Assembly (NCBI GenBank): GCA_043826565.1 | Contig: JBDRPX010000021.1 | Span: 18,022-82,021 of the forward strand | Length of the DNA: 64,000 nucleotides | Origin: Candidatus Omnitrophota bacterium | GTDB taxonomy: Bacteria > Omnitrophota > Gorgyraeia > B26-G9 | Direction of reading: 5' to 3' | In this document: positions 49,133 through 57,636 of the stretch, piece after piece | Layout of the letters: each line of letters starts with the position of its first letter | How positions within the stretch are numbered: position 1 is the first letter of the stretch | Program-made: the position numbers and the translations under genes | The notes under the pieces: model-generated | Told to the model about the DNA's origin: nothing | The model's input: the letters and a program-made list of their open reading frames with translations, nothing else | The model's database searches: none

Positions 49133-50197
49133 ATGAGCGCAGACAACTCTAAAATTAAAGAAGACAAAGAACGCCTTGAGGGCCTAATCAGGAGTATGGC
49201 GGAAGGATTAATTGTTGTTGATAAAAATGGAAAGGTCTTAGCGGTTAATCCGGCAGCAGAACTGATTTTGGGCAGTACGCTGAAAGAAAAATTAGGCATT
49301 AATATTCTGGAAGGATTAAAAGAAGAGCATGTAATAAGCCTGGTCAGTCAAAAAGAAAAAAAGATTGAAGTAGAAATTATGGCAAAAGATCCTGAGGTGA
49401 ATGCAATAATACGTGCAAGTTCGGCAATTATTGAGGATGAAGAGGGAAATGTTCAGGGGATGATTTCAGTCTTAAATGATATCACTAAGCAAAAAGAATT
49501 ATCGCGGGTAAAAGAAGCGTTTATTTCGAATGTGTCGCATGATCTGCGCGCTCCATTGATATCTATTCAAAAGAGTTTGGAAATGGCCCTGGAGGATATG
49601 GAAAAAGGAGACCTAAATCCGCAGACAAAAAGGTTTGTGGAAATTGCCGGTAAGAATGCGGAAAGATTGACGATTCTCATGAAAGACCTTTTGGATATTA
49701 ATAAACTTGAATCAGCGGGCATAGACATTAAATATCAGCGAATTAAAATAAGATCTATGATAAATGATGTTTTTGATATGTTTAAGGTATGGGCAGAAAG
49801 CAAAGCTATTGAGCTTTCGTGTGACGGCCTGGAGGATATTGAAGTGGAAGCAGATGAAGCACTGATGACTCAGGTTTTTACGAATCTGGTGGGTAATGCT
49901 TTGAAATTTACCGGACAAAACGGAAGGGTCAATGTTTCTTCAGAGTCTGATTCTGAGAGAATAAAGATTGTGGTTAAGGATACAGGTTGTGGTATTGCTC
50001 CGGGAAGCTTAGAGAAGATCTTTGAGAAATTCGAACAGGTTGAGTCTACAAGAAAGCATTGCGCTGTTCCGGGAACGGGTTTGGGGCTTTCTATTGTTCG
50101 GGATATCGTCAAACTTCATAAAGGAAAAGTTGATGTGGAAAGTTCTCTGGGCCGGGGCAGTAGTTTTTATGTGGAAATCCCCATCGTAAACAGTTAA
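49133..50197 (+). CDS. Cytoplasmic PAS-domain sensor histidine kinase
   Basis: PAS (EGLIVVD..VNPAAE), VSHDLRAPL, NLVGNALKFT, DTGCGI and GTGLGL. Confidence 0.92.
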   Translation: MSADNSKIKEDKERLEGLIRSMAEGLIVVDKNGKVLAVNPAAELILGSTLKEKLGINILEGLKEEHVISLVSQKEKKIEVEIMAKDPEVNAIIRASSAIIEDEEGNVQGMISVLNDITKQKELSRVKEAFISNVSHDLRAPLISIQKSLEMALEDMEKGDLNPQTKRFVEIAGKNAERLTILMKDLLDINKLESAGIDIKYQRIKIRSMINDVFDMFKVWAESKAIELSCDGLEDIEVEADEALMTQVFTNLVGNALKFTGQNGRVNVSSESDSERIKIVVKDTGCGIAPGSLEKIFEKFEQVESTRKHCAVPGTGLGLSIVRDIVKLHKGKVDVESSLGRGSSFYVEIPIVNS

Positions 50198-50315
50198 TCT
50201 TTTCTTTAGCTTGTCTTGAAGCTTTTTTCTGATATAATATTGACATAGAAACCTATGTTTTTCATGTAAAAAGAGAAGTGGAGATATAGTTTATTTTAAA
50301 AAAAGGAGACATTAA

Positions 50316-50687
50316 ATGAATTTTTGTACATCAATACATTGCATGGACGGCAGTATCCAGGAGCCGATAATAAAGTATTTAAAAGAAAACTATAAAGCTG
50401 AAAATGTGGATAGTATCACGGAACTTAGCCCGTGTCATATATTAGCGTCATTAGGGCAGAAACAGCTGATTGATTCTATCCGCCGCCTGGCGGATGTATC
50501 TGTTAAAAAACACGGATCTTCTTTGATCGCGGTTTCCGGGCATGCTGATTGTGTGGCTAATCAGGTCAGTGAAGAAAAACAAAAGGAGCAGGTCCTCATC
50601 GCCTGCCAGAATATCAAGGCCTATTATCCGGCGGCTCAGGTGATCGGGTTATGGGTTAGCAAAGCAGGAGAAGTGGAACTGCTTTAG
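50316..50687 (+). CDS. Small carbonic-anhydrase-like protein
   Basis: CMDG and GHADC Zn-ligand pattern. Confidence 0.65.
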   Translation: MNFCTSIHCMDGSIQEPIIKYLKENYKAENVDSITELSPCHILASLGQKQLIDSIRRLADVSVKKHGSSLIAVSGHADCVANQVSEEKQKEQVLIACQNIKAYYPAAQVIGLWVSKAGEVELL

Positions 50688-50702
50688 CAGAATATTAATT
50701 AA

Positions 50703-50733
50703 GGTTACCAAATCATCATAGTATTTACTTGTA
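50703..50733 (+). promoter_or_regulatory. Bipartite motif GGTTACCAAA-N11-TTTACTTGTA (candidate alternative-sigma promoter), copy 1
   Basis: Both 10-mers and the spacer length are identical to 54866-54896. Confidence 0.7.
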
Positions 50734-50753
50734 AGGGCATAGAGATTAATTAG

Positions 50754-50871
50754 AACACAGCGATGTGTTTATATAAACAAAGGCGTTCTTGAGATAAGAA
50801 CGCCTGGGTTTTTATGACAGAGATGTCTTTTGATCCCTCGAAGGAGGGAAAAAGGCATCTCTTTTGTATTT
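50754..50871 (+). promoter_or_regulatory. ANTAR-type leader of the porin-amtB-PII operon (three hexaloops, two terminator-like stems)
   Basis: Hairpins AACAC-AGCGAT-GTGTT, AAC-AAAGGC-GTT and GAC-AGAGAT-GTC. Stems AGGCGTTCTT/AAGAACGCCT and AGAGATGTCTTTT/AAAAGGCATCTCT followed by T-rich tails. Confidence 0.78.
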
Positions 50872-50903
50872 AGGTCTTTGACATAAAAATATAAATATCG
50901 GAA

Positions 50904-50979
50904 AACCCGCCAAAAAAATGGCGAGGTTAAATTCGCCTGCGCACTTATGTTCACGATGTTCCATAAGTGCTGGCTCATT
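50904..50979 (+). repeat. Dispersed two-hairpin pre-RBS element, copy D
   Basis: AACCCGCCA..TGGCGAGGTT followed by AATTCGCCTGCGCACTTATG..CATAAGTGCTGGCTCATT, then a purine-rich SD. Confidence 0.8.
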
Positions 50980-50994
50980 GAAGAAAGGGGAAAG

Positions 50995-51747
50995 ATGAAT
51001 AGATTTATGATTATAGTGTTGAGTAGTGTTATATGTATGGGGATGTTTGCAAATCCGGCGCAAGCTGAATATAAAGACGGGATTTTACCGGCACTGGAAA
51101 TTGAGGCATCGGGAACTTTGGATGTGTATTCACGTTATGTATGGAGAGGTTTTACCTTGGACACTGATCCGGTGGTACAGCCAGGATTTAATTTAAGCGG
51201 TTATGGGGTGACGTTATCGTTCTGGAGTAGTTTTGATGCTGATAGTAATGACGGAACAAATTCCGATGAAGTTGATTTTGTGATAGATTATACTAAGGAA
51301 TTCGATGGGTTTAGTGTTTCCGCGGGGCACACAAATTATGATTTCCCAGGAGTTGCTACTTATAGTAAAGAATGGTATGTGGGAGCGTCATTTGATGTAT
51401 TGCTGGCGCCTTCGATCACTTACTACCAGGATTATGGTAAAGAAGAAAACGGCGGAGCAGACGGCAGGTATATCAGCTTAGGTATTTCCCATAGTTTCAC
51501 AATTGTTGAAGATCCGTCCATAACTCTTGATCTGGGCGCGAACATCGGATTTAACAATGAATTGTTTATTAAAGGAGATGGCGGTGATTATCTGTTAACC
51601 GCGGGATTAACTGTTCCTTTGACCAAGACATTATCAATGTCTCCGGTTATGGGTTACGCGATACCGTTTGGTGATTTAGAAGATGTTAATGTCGGCAGCC
51701 AAAAGAACAGGTTCTATGCCGGACTTAGTTTAGGATTTGATTTTTAA
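50995..51747 (+). CDS. TorF-like putative porin associated with amtB
   Basis: Signal peptide, SRYVWRG..PVVQPG, EVDF and C-terminal GFDF. ATG 50995 follows the SD. Confidence 0.75.
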   Translation: MNRFMIIVLSSVICMGMFANPAQAEYKDGILPALEIEASGTLDVYSRYVWRGFTLDTDPVVQPGFNLSGYGVTLSFWSSFDADSNDGTNSDEVDFVIDYTKEFDGFSVSAGHTNYDFPGVATYSKEWYVGASFDVLLAPSITYYQDYGKEENGGADGRYISLGISHSFTIVEDPSITLDLGANIGFNNELFIKGDGGDYLLTAGLTVPLTKTLSMSPVMGYAIPFGDLEDVNVGSQKNRFYAGLSLGFDF

Positions 51748-51761
51748 GAAGGGAGGAAGAA

Positions 51762-53111
51762 ATGTTTATAAGAAAGAAAAAAAATATACTGCGGAGGATT
51801 ATCTTTAATGTATTGTTGTTTACCTTGGCTATGGCAGTCCCGGTATTCGCAGCAGACACGGAAATAGGTGATGTGGTCAGAGGCTTAGATACGATGTGGG
51901 TATTAGTAACCGCGTTTCTAGTGTTTTTTATGCAGGCGGGATTCGGCATGGTTGAGGCTGGATTTATCCGGGCGAAAAATACCTGTAATATTTTAACCAA
52001 AAACTTTCTGGATTTCTGTATGGCTTCTATAGGATTTTTTATTTTTGGTTATGCGATTATGTTTGGCGCGGGGAACGGTTTTTTGGGATGGACCGGATGG
52101 TTTCTGCGCGGCGCAAACAGCGGCGCGGATATTCCTTTATATGCGTTTTGGCTGTTTCAGGCGGCGTTTTGCGGAGCTGCGGCAACGATTGTTGCCGGCG
52201 GAATGGCTGAGCGCATGAAATTTCCCGCGTATCTAATTTATTCATTTTTGATTTCCGCGTTTATTTATCCGGTTGTCGGCCACTGGATCTGGGGCGGCGG
52301 TTGGTTAGCGCAGAAAGGGTTTGCTGATTTTGCCGGTTCTACGGTTGTTCATTCTGTCGGCGGATTAGCGGCATTAATCGGTACGATAATATTAAAACCC
52401 AGGCTGGGGAAATATAATCCGGATGGTTCCGCTAATGCGATTGCCGGACATTCTATTCCTTTGGCTTCTTTAGGTGTGTTTATTTTATGGTTTGGGTGGT
52501 TTGGATTTAATCCCGGATCTACCTTAAGTGTGGGTAATGGAGATCTAATTGCCCGGGTCGCGATAAATACCAATCTGGCCGCGGCTGCCGGAGGAATTAT
52601 CGCCATGATCGCGGTATGGAGACAATTCGGCAAGCCGGATCTTTCCATGGCCATGAACGGTGCTTTAGCGGGTTTGGTGGCGATAACCGCTCCCTGCGCT
52701 TATGTTGATCCACCGGCGGCAATACTCATCGGCGCGATCGGCGGAATGGTCGTGGTTATGGGAGTTATATTACTGGATAAACTGCATATTGATGATCCGG
52801 TAGGTGCGGTACCGGTACACGCTTTAAATGGAATATGGGGGACTTTATCTATCGGTTTGTTTGGGAAAGAAGCTCTTGGCGTAGCACATAACGGTTTGTT
52901 TTACGGCGGCGGGTTTGCCCAGCTGGGAATTCAGGCATTAGGAGCTGTTTGTGTGGCGGCATTTGTAATTATAACGATGGGCATTGTTTTTCTGGTTATT
53001 GACAAAACTATTGGTTTGCGCGTATCCAGAGAAGAAGAGTTGAAAGGACTGGATATCGGAGAACATGGGATGGAATCATATGCCGGGTTCCAGATATTTG
53101 TGACTGATTAA
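51762..53111 (+). CDS. amtB: Ammonium transporter
   Basis: [43 protein letters not shown] and [11 protein letters not shown]. Confidence 0.97.
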   Translation: MFIRKKKNILRRIIFNVLLFTLAMAVPVFAADTEIGDVVRGLDTMWVLVTAFLVFFMQAGFGMVEAGFIRAKNTCNILTKNFLDFCMASIGFFIFGYAIMFGAGNGFLGWTGWFLRGANSGADIPLYAFWLFQAAFCGAAATIVAGGMAERMKFPAYLIYSFLISAFIYPVVGHWIWGGGWLAQKGFADFAGSTVVHSVGGLAALIGTIILKPRLGKYNPDGSANAIAGHSIPLASLGVFILWFGWFGFNPGSTLSVGNGDLIARVAINTNLAAAAGGIIAMIAVWRQFGKPDLSMAMNGALAGLVAITAPCAYVDPPAAILIGAIGGMVVVMGVILLDKLHIDDPVGAVPVHALNGIWGTLSIGLFGKEALGVAHNGLFYGGGFAQLGIQALGAVCVAAFVIITMGIVFLVIDKTIGLRVSREEELKGLDIGEHGMESYAGFQIFVTD

Positions 53112-53124
53112 AGGAGGTAATATT

Positions 53125-53466
53125 ATGAAGTTAATAATAGCAATGATCCAGCCGCACAAATTGCCGGATGTAAAAAAAGCTTTGTTTGATGCGGATGTGC
53201 ATAAGATGTCTGTAACCAATGCCTTAGGCTGTGGGCAGCAAAAAGGATTTACGGAAACATATCGCGGAGTTATTCATGAGGTTACTTTGCTTAAGAAAAT
53301 CCGCCTGGAGATCGCGGTTAATGCCGACTATGTTGAACCGACAATTAAGGCGATCATTAAAGGCGCACGCACCGGAAAAATCGGCGACGGCAAGATTTTT
53401 GTGCTTGATCTTCCGGAATGTATCCGTATCCGGACCGGAGAAAGAGGGCATAAGGCGATAGGGTAG
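53125..53466 (+). CDS. glnK: P-II nitrogen regulatory protein (GlnK-like)
   Basis: [21 protein letters not shown] and RIRTGE. Adjacent to amtB. Confidence 0.92.
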   Translation: MKLIIAMIQPHKLPDVKKALFDADVHKMSVTNALGCGQQKGFTETYRGVIHEVTLLKKIRLEIAVNADYVEPTIKAIIKGARTGKIGDGKIFVLDLPECIRIRTGERGHKAIG

Positions 53467-53559
53467 AGAGGATACCTCTATTTTGACAATGATATTCGGG
53501 GATAGTATAATGTTGTAAAGAAAAGCAGGCGGAAGGATTGATTTTTATTAGGAAGCTTA

Positions 53560-54126
53560 ATGATTAAAATTACTGAAAAAGGCCAAGAAGGAGATACTGT
53601 AGTAGAATTAGGATATATTAAAAGCCGCGGTATCGCCGGAAAAATTATTTTACCGGTCACCAGATATTTTCGGGCAATGAATGCCCGAAAGTATGTTTCC
53701 GGCGGAGAGCGTTTGCTGGATATCGGCTGCGGAGACGGATATTTTCTTAAGAGAGTTAAGTGTAAAGAAAGATACGGACTGGATAAATTACTGGGTGATG
53801 AAGTTATTGACGATCTGGATTTCCCGGATAATTATTTCGACTATGTTACGATGCTGGCAGTTATCGAGCATTTAAAAGACCCTCAGGTTTTGGTGCGAGA
53901 GATCCACAGAGTTTTAAAGCCGGCGGGAAAGTTTATATTTACTACGCCCAGAAAAGAAGCGGAAAAATTCATTAAATTATACGCGAAAGATATTCAGCAG
54001 GAGCATGAATCTTACTTTGATTATACAAAAGTTAAAGAACTAACCGGTGATTTGTTTAAAATCGCTGAGTTTAAGTATTTCTTTTTTGGATTAAACCAGA
54101 TTTTTTGCCTGAAGAAGTTATCTTAA
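53560..54126 (+). CDS. Class I SAM-dependent methyltransferase
   Basis: LLDIGCGDG, FDYVTMLAVIEHL and RVLKPAG. Confidence 0.88.
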   Translation: MIKITEKGQEGDTVVELGYIKSRGIAGKIILPVTRYFRAMNARKYVSGGERLLDIGCGDGYFLKRVKCKERYGLDKLLGDEVIDDLDFPDNYFDYVTMLAVIEHLKDPQVLVREIHRVLKPAGKFIFTTPRKEAEKFIKLYAKDIQQEHESYFDYTKVKELTGDLFKIAEFKYFFFGLNQIFCLKKLS

Positions 54127-54178
54127 GCCTCGTTTCTTGTTTCTCGACAAACTATCCTAAAAGTTATAGAATAGGCCT

Positions 54179-54415
54179 ATGAATAATGATATCCCGAGAG
54201 ATTTAGGAGAACAGCCGATTGCCCGGATAATGCAGGAGCGGAATTTAAAGCCAAATGATCTTGTGCGTGTTTCCCCAGAACAGATGACCCATAAAATGGT
54301 TTCCCGGGCGTGTAAAGGCAGAAGGCTGACATCAAATGTTAAAGTTAAGATCCTTAAGGCCTTGAATCTGGCTTGCGAGAGCACTTATGCGATGAAAGAT
54401 ATTTTTAACTATTAA
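54179..54415 (+). CDS. Small conserved hypothetical protein, HTH-like
   Basis: 78-aa basic ORF. Promoter-like TCGACA-N17-TAGAAT just upstream. Confidence 0.65.
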   Translation: MNNDIPRDLGEQPIARIMQERNLKPNDLVRVSPEQMTHKMVSRACKGRRLTSNVKVKILKALNLACESTYAMKDIFNY

Positions 54416-54431
54416 GGAAAGAATATATAAG

Positions 54432-54827
54432 ATGAACCAATACAGTATCGAACATATCGGTATCGCTGTAGACGATCCCCTGGCTATGGCTCAATGGTAT
54501 GAGGAAAACCTGGGGTATATTATCAAATTTTCCGAAGGCAATAAAGAAAAGGGAGTAGCGTTTATTTCCGATGCTTCCGGGAAGGTGACTTTTGAATTGT
54601 TAAAAGTGCCGGAAGTAAAGTCCGCGAGAACGGATCTAACGCATCGTCTGCAGGTTCATGTCGGAGTTTTTAGTGAGAATCCCGACGAAGAAGCCCGGAC
54701 GCTGGAAGCTAAAGGGGCAAAATTTGTGGAAAGATGCACCTTAACTCTTCCGGGAGATTATCTGGTTATTCTCGAAGATCCCTGGGGCAATTATATTCAA
54801 TTAGTCAGGCGGAGCCGGAAATTTTAA
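54432..54827 (+). CDS. VOC/glyoxalase family protein
   Basis: IEHIGIAV, FELL and DPWGNYIQL. Confidence 0.88.
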   Translation: MNQYSIEHIGIAVDDPLAMAQWYEENLGYIIKFSEGNKEKGVAFISDASGKVTFELLKVPEVKSARTDLTHRLQVHVGVFSENPDEEARTLEAKGAKFVERCTLTLPGDYLVILEDPWGNYIQLVRRSRKF

Positions 54828-54865
54828 ATAATTATTGGAAAAATTAATTTTTTTTAGCTAAAATA

Positions 54866-54896
54866 GGTTACCAAAACATGTATCAGTTTACTTGTA
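54866..54896 (+). promoter_or_regulatory. Bipartite motif GGTTACCAAA-N11-TTTACTTGTA, copy 2
   Basis: Identical boxes and spacing to 50703-50733. Confidence 0.7.
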
Positions 54897-54905
54897 TTAT
54901 TAAAT

Positions 54906-54987
54906 GCACATTGAAGTGCTGTAATTTAAAGCAAGGTTTGCAAAAATATTAAGACAAAGACGTTCTTGGACAGAGAACGTCTTTTTT
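54906..54987 (+). promoter_or_regulatory. ANTAR-type leader and terminator upstream of glutamine synthetase III
   Basis: Hairpins GCAC-ATTGAA-GTGC and GAC-AAAGAC-GTT. Terminator AAGACGTTCT/AGAACGTCTT plus T-run. Confidence 0.72.
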
Positions 54988-54989
54988 CG

Positions 54990-55098
54990 TTTCAGGACGA
55001 AATGACCGGGTTCATTGGCAGGACGCCAAGCTTTGAACGGGGTGGTTTCACGATGAAATGATCCGCCAATAGTACAGGAGGTACGTTTTGTGGCGGAT
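54990..55098. repeat. AGGA-loop REP-like hairpin element (tandem pair)
   Basis: 54990-55049 aligns with 14259-14319 and 14925-14985, with compensatory changes. Confidence 0.75.
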
Positions 55099-55139
55099 AG
55101 AAAGAAAATGACACGTAATTAAAAAAAGGAGATAGGATA

Positions 55140-57245
55140 ATGTTTAAAGCTAGTGAAATTTTTGGAGAATTGACGTTTAGTAAAAAAGCAATGCAAGAGA
55201 AGATGAGCAAGGTGGTTTATAATAAGCTCATTTCTACGATTGAAAGCGGAGTGCCGCTGGATCAATCTATTGCCGGAGATGTGGCACATGCGATGAAAGA
55301 ATGGGCTATGGAAAACGGAGCCACACATTTTACCCACTGGTTTCAGCCGCAGCGCGGGGGAACAGCGGAGAAACACGATGCGTTTCTTAGCTATGGTAAA
55401 AACGGTGAGATGATCGAACGGTTTTCCGCAAAACAGCTTATTCAGTCTGAACCGGATGCTTCTTCTTTTCCCTCCGGCGGAATTCGTTCCACTTTTGAAG
55501 CGCGCGGGTATACGGCATGGGATCCGACTTCCCCGGCCTTTTTATTGGAAGCCGGCGATACGAAGACATTGGTAATCCCTTCGGTATTTTTGTCATGGAC
55601 CGGGGAGGTTTTGGATATTAAAACTCCTTTACTGCGTTCAATGAAGTCATTAAACGAGGCGACATTATCTTTACAAAAAGTTTTAGGGAATAAAAAAGTA
55701 AACCGTATTAAAGTTTTTGGTGGCCCGGAACAGGAATACTTTTTGTTTTCAAAAGATTTATATCAAACGCGCCCGGATTTGATTGTTTGCGGAAGAACGC
55801 TTTTCGGCGCGCCTCCGGCAAAAGGGCAGCAGATGGAGGATCATTATTTTGGTTCAATTAATGCTACTGTTATCCAGTTTATGGAAACTTTTGACCGAGA
55901 GTTGTATCGCCGGGGGATTCCGGCAAAAACCCGCCACAACGAAGTCTCTCCGAACCAGTTTGAAATTGCTCCTTTATATGAGGAAGCAAATCTTGCCATA
56001 GATCATAACCTTCAGCTTATGGAGATTATGAAAAAAGTAGCGGATGAGTTTGATATGGTTGCGGTTCTTCATGAAAAACCTTTGGCCGGAGTAAATGGTT
56101 CCGGAAAGCATTTTAATTGGTCCATCGGAGATAATACCGGAGAAAATTATTTTGAACCGACAGGTTCTCCGCAGAAAAAGATAATGTTTTTGCTGTCCTT
56201 AGGCGCGATTTGTCTGGGAGTCAGTAAGTATGGCGGCTTACTGCGCGCGGCTGTTGCCGACGCGGGGAATGATCATCGTTTGGGGGCAAATGAAGCTCCG
56301 CCGGCAATTATCTCTGTGTATCTGGGGGAATATCTTGATGCCTTATTGGATGAAATTGAAGGCATCGGAAAAGTAACCGATAAGAAAATGTCCGAGATCT
56401 ATCTGGGGGTGCAGGATTTGCCGAAAGTTGCTAAAGATACATCAGACAGAAACAGAACTTCGCCGCTGGCGTTTACCGGAAATAAGTTTGAATTCCGCGC
56501 GGTTGGTTCAACTCAAAATTGCTCGGAAGCCGCGACAGTGCTGAATTTGCTCATGGCTTATGGTTATGATGAGATAGCCAAAAGGATAAGTGCTCATAAA
56601 GGCAGTGTTGATGTTAAAGCAAAAGCAATCGCGGTATTGGAAAAAGTATTAAAAGAGACTAAACATGTGCGTTTTGAAGGAAACAACTATGATGAGAAAT
56701 GGCACAAAGAAGCGGCAAAACGCGGTTTACCGAACACCAAGAATACTCCGGAAGCACTGGAGTTGTTCTTTAAAAAAGATGCGATCAAACTGTTTGAAAA
56801 ATTCGGTGTTTTAAGTGAAAAGGAATTACATTCAAAAATTGAGATCAGACTTGAAGCATATGTTAAGACAAAAGATATCGAGTTAAAAACTGCTTTAAAT
56901 ATTGCCCGGACGCTGGTATTGCCGGCAGTAGCTGATCAGATAACCTTGCTGGCTAATGCTAATACGGGAGTAAAAGCCGCCGGAGCAAAACCTAAAGGAT
57001 TAAGCGCGGACATCAGAACACTCAACGGCTTATATAATGATATTAAGTCCGGTATTTCCGAATTGGAAAAAGCCATGATTGTTTGTGAAAAGCAGTCGGA
57101 GATATTAAAGGCGGCAAAAGGTTATGCCAGCGTGGGAGCTGCGGCTTTAAATAATTTACGCGATGCGGTAGATGAAGCGGAAGAACTTATTGCCGACGAT
57201 TTATGGCCGATGGCAAAGTACCAGGAATTACTTTTAGTACTATAA
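55140..57245 (+). CDS. glnN: Glutamine synthetase type III
   Basis: 701 aa. THWFQP, EPDASSFPSGG, FEARGYTAWD, GVNGSGKH, HRLGANEAPP and DRNRTSP. Confidence 0.95.
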   Translation: MFKASEIFGELTFSKKAMQEKMSKVVYNKLISTIESGVPLDQSIAGDVAHAMKEWAMENGATHFTHWFQPQRGGTAEKHDAFLSYGKNGEMIERFSAKQLIQSEPDASSFPSGGIRSTFEARGYTAWDPTSPAFLLEAGDTKTLVIPSVFLSWTGEVLDIKTPLLRSMKSLNEATLSLQKVLGNKKVNRIKVFGGPEQEYFLFSKDLYQTRPDLIVCGRTLFGAPPAKGQQMEDHYFGSINATVIQFMETFDRELYRRGIPAKTRHNEVSPNQFEIAPLYEEANLAIDHNLQLMEIMKKVADEFDMVAVLHEKPLAGVNGSGKHFNWSIGDNTGENYFEPTGSPQKKIMFLLSLGAICLGVSKYGGLLRAAVADAGNDHRLGANEAPPAIISVYLGEYLDALLDEIEGIGKVTDKKMSEIYLGVQDLPKVAKDTSDRNRTSPLAFTGNKFEFRAVGSTQNCSEAATVLNLLMAYGYDEIAKRISAHKGSVDVKAKAIAVLEKVLKETKHVRFEGNNYDEKWHKEAAKRGLPNTKNTPEALELFFKKDAIKLFEKFGVLSEKELHSKIEIRLEAYVKTKDIELKTALNIARTLVLPAVADQITLLANANTGVKAAGAKPKGLSADIRTLNGLYNDIKSGISELEKAMIVCEKQSEILKAAKGYASVGAAALNNLRDAVDEAEELIADDLWPMAKYQELLLVL

Positions 57246-57256
57246 ATAACTGCGGC

Positions 57257-57294
57257 AAAAGAATAGGGCTTTACTTTTAAGCCCTATTCTTTTT
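57257..57294 (+). terminator. Intrinsic terminator after GSIII
   Basis: AAAAGAATAGGGCTT/AAGCCCTATTCTTTT stem with T tail. Confidence 0.85.
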
Positions 57295-57357
57295 ATTAGT
57301 TAATGCTGTAAAATTAAGCAAAAAATGAGTGTTTTTTAATAACGGGTAGAAAAACAA

Positions 57358-57615
57358 ATGACAGAACAAGACAGGGCTAAAAAATTGCAGGAATTCATTC
57401 GGGATACGGAGCATTTCTTTCCGGGAAATAAAAAGAAAGAGGTGTATAAGAATATTCTTGAGATGGTCGAAAGGCCGCTGCTCGAGATGGTTTTAGAGAA
57501 GACTGACGGGAACCAGAAAAAAGCGGCAAAAATACTCGGGATCAATCGAAATACTTTGCATGCGAAGATAAAAAAACTTAAGATTGACGTTAAAAAGTTT
57601 AAATTTGATTATTAA
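57358..57615 (+). CDS. Stand-alone Fis/NtrC-type HTH_8 protein
   Basis: VERPLLEMVLEKTDGNQKKAAKILGINRNTL. Confidence 0.9.
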   Translation: MTEQDRAKKLQEFIRDTEHFFPGNKKKEVYKNILEMVERPLLEMVLEKTDGNQKKAAKILGINRNTLHAKIKKLKIDVKKFKFDY

Positions 57616-57636
57616 AAGTCAGGACAATAATAAAAA

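Noticed and set aside
49133-50197. PAS kinase as the cognate activator of the ANTAR regulator
   Set aside because: Only proximity supports it. It has its own promoter-like sequence and no nitrogen-type leader, so it is left unassigned.
50947-50994. Longer ORF-track starts (50947, 13636, 21044, 45388, 4417, 30156)
   Set aside because: The extensions run through repeat or regulatory DNA or upstream genes. Downstream ATGs fit SD position and/or the expected N-termini better.
54900-55139. glnA (glutamine) riboswitch upstream of GSIII
   Set aside because: No recognisable three-way junction or E-loop consensus. The hexaloop/terminator model explains the sequence better.
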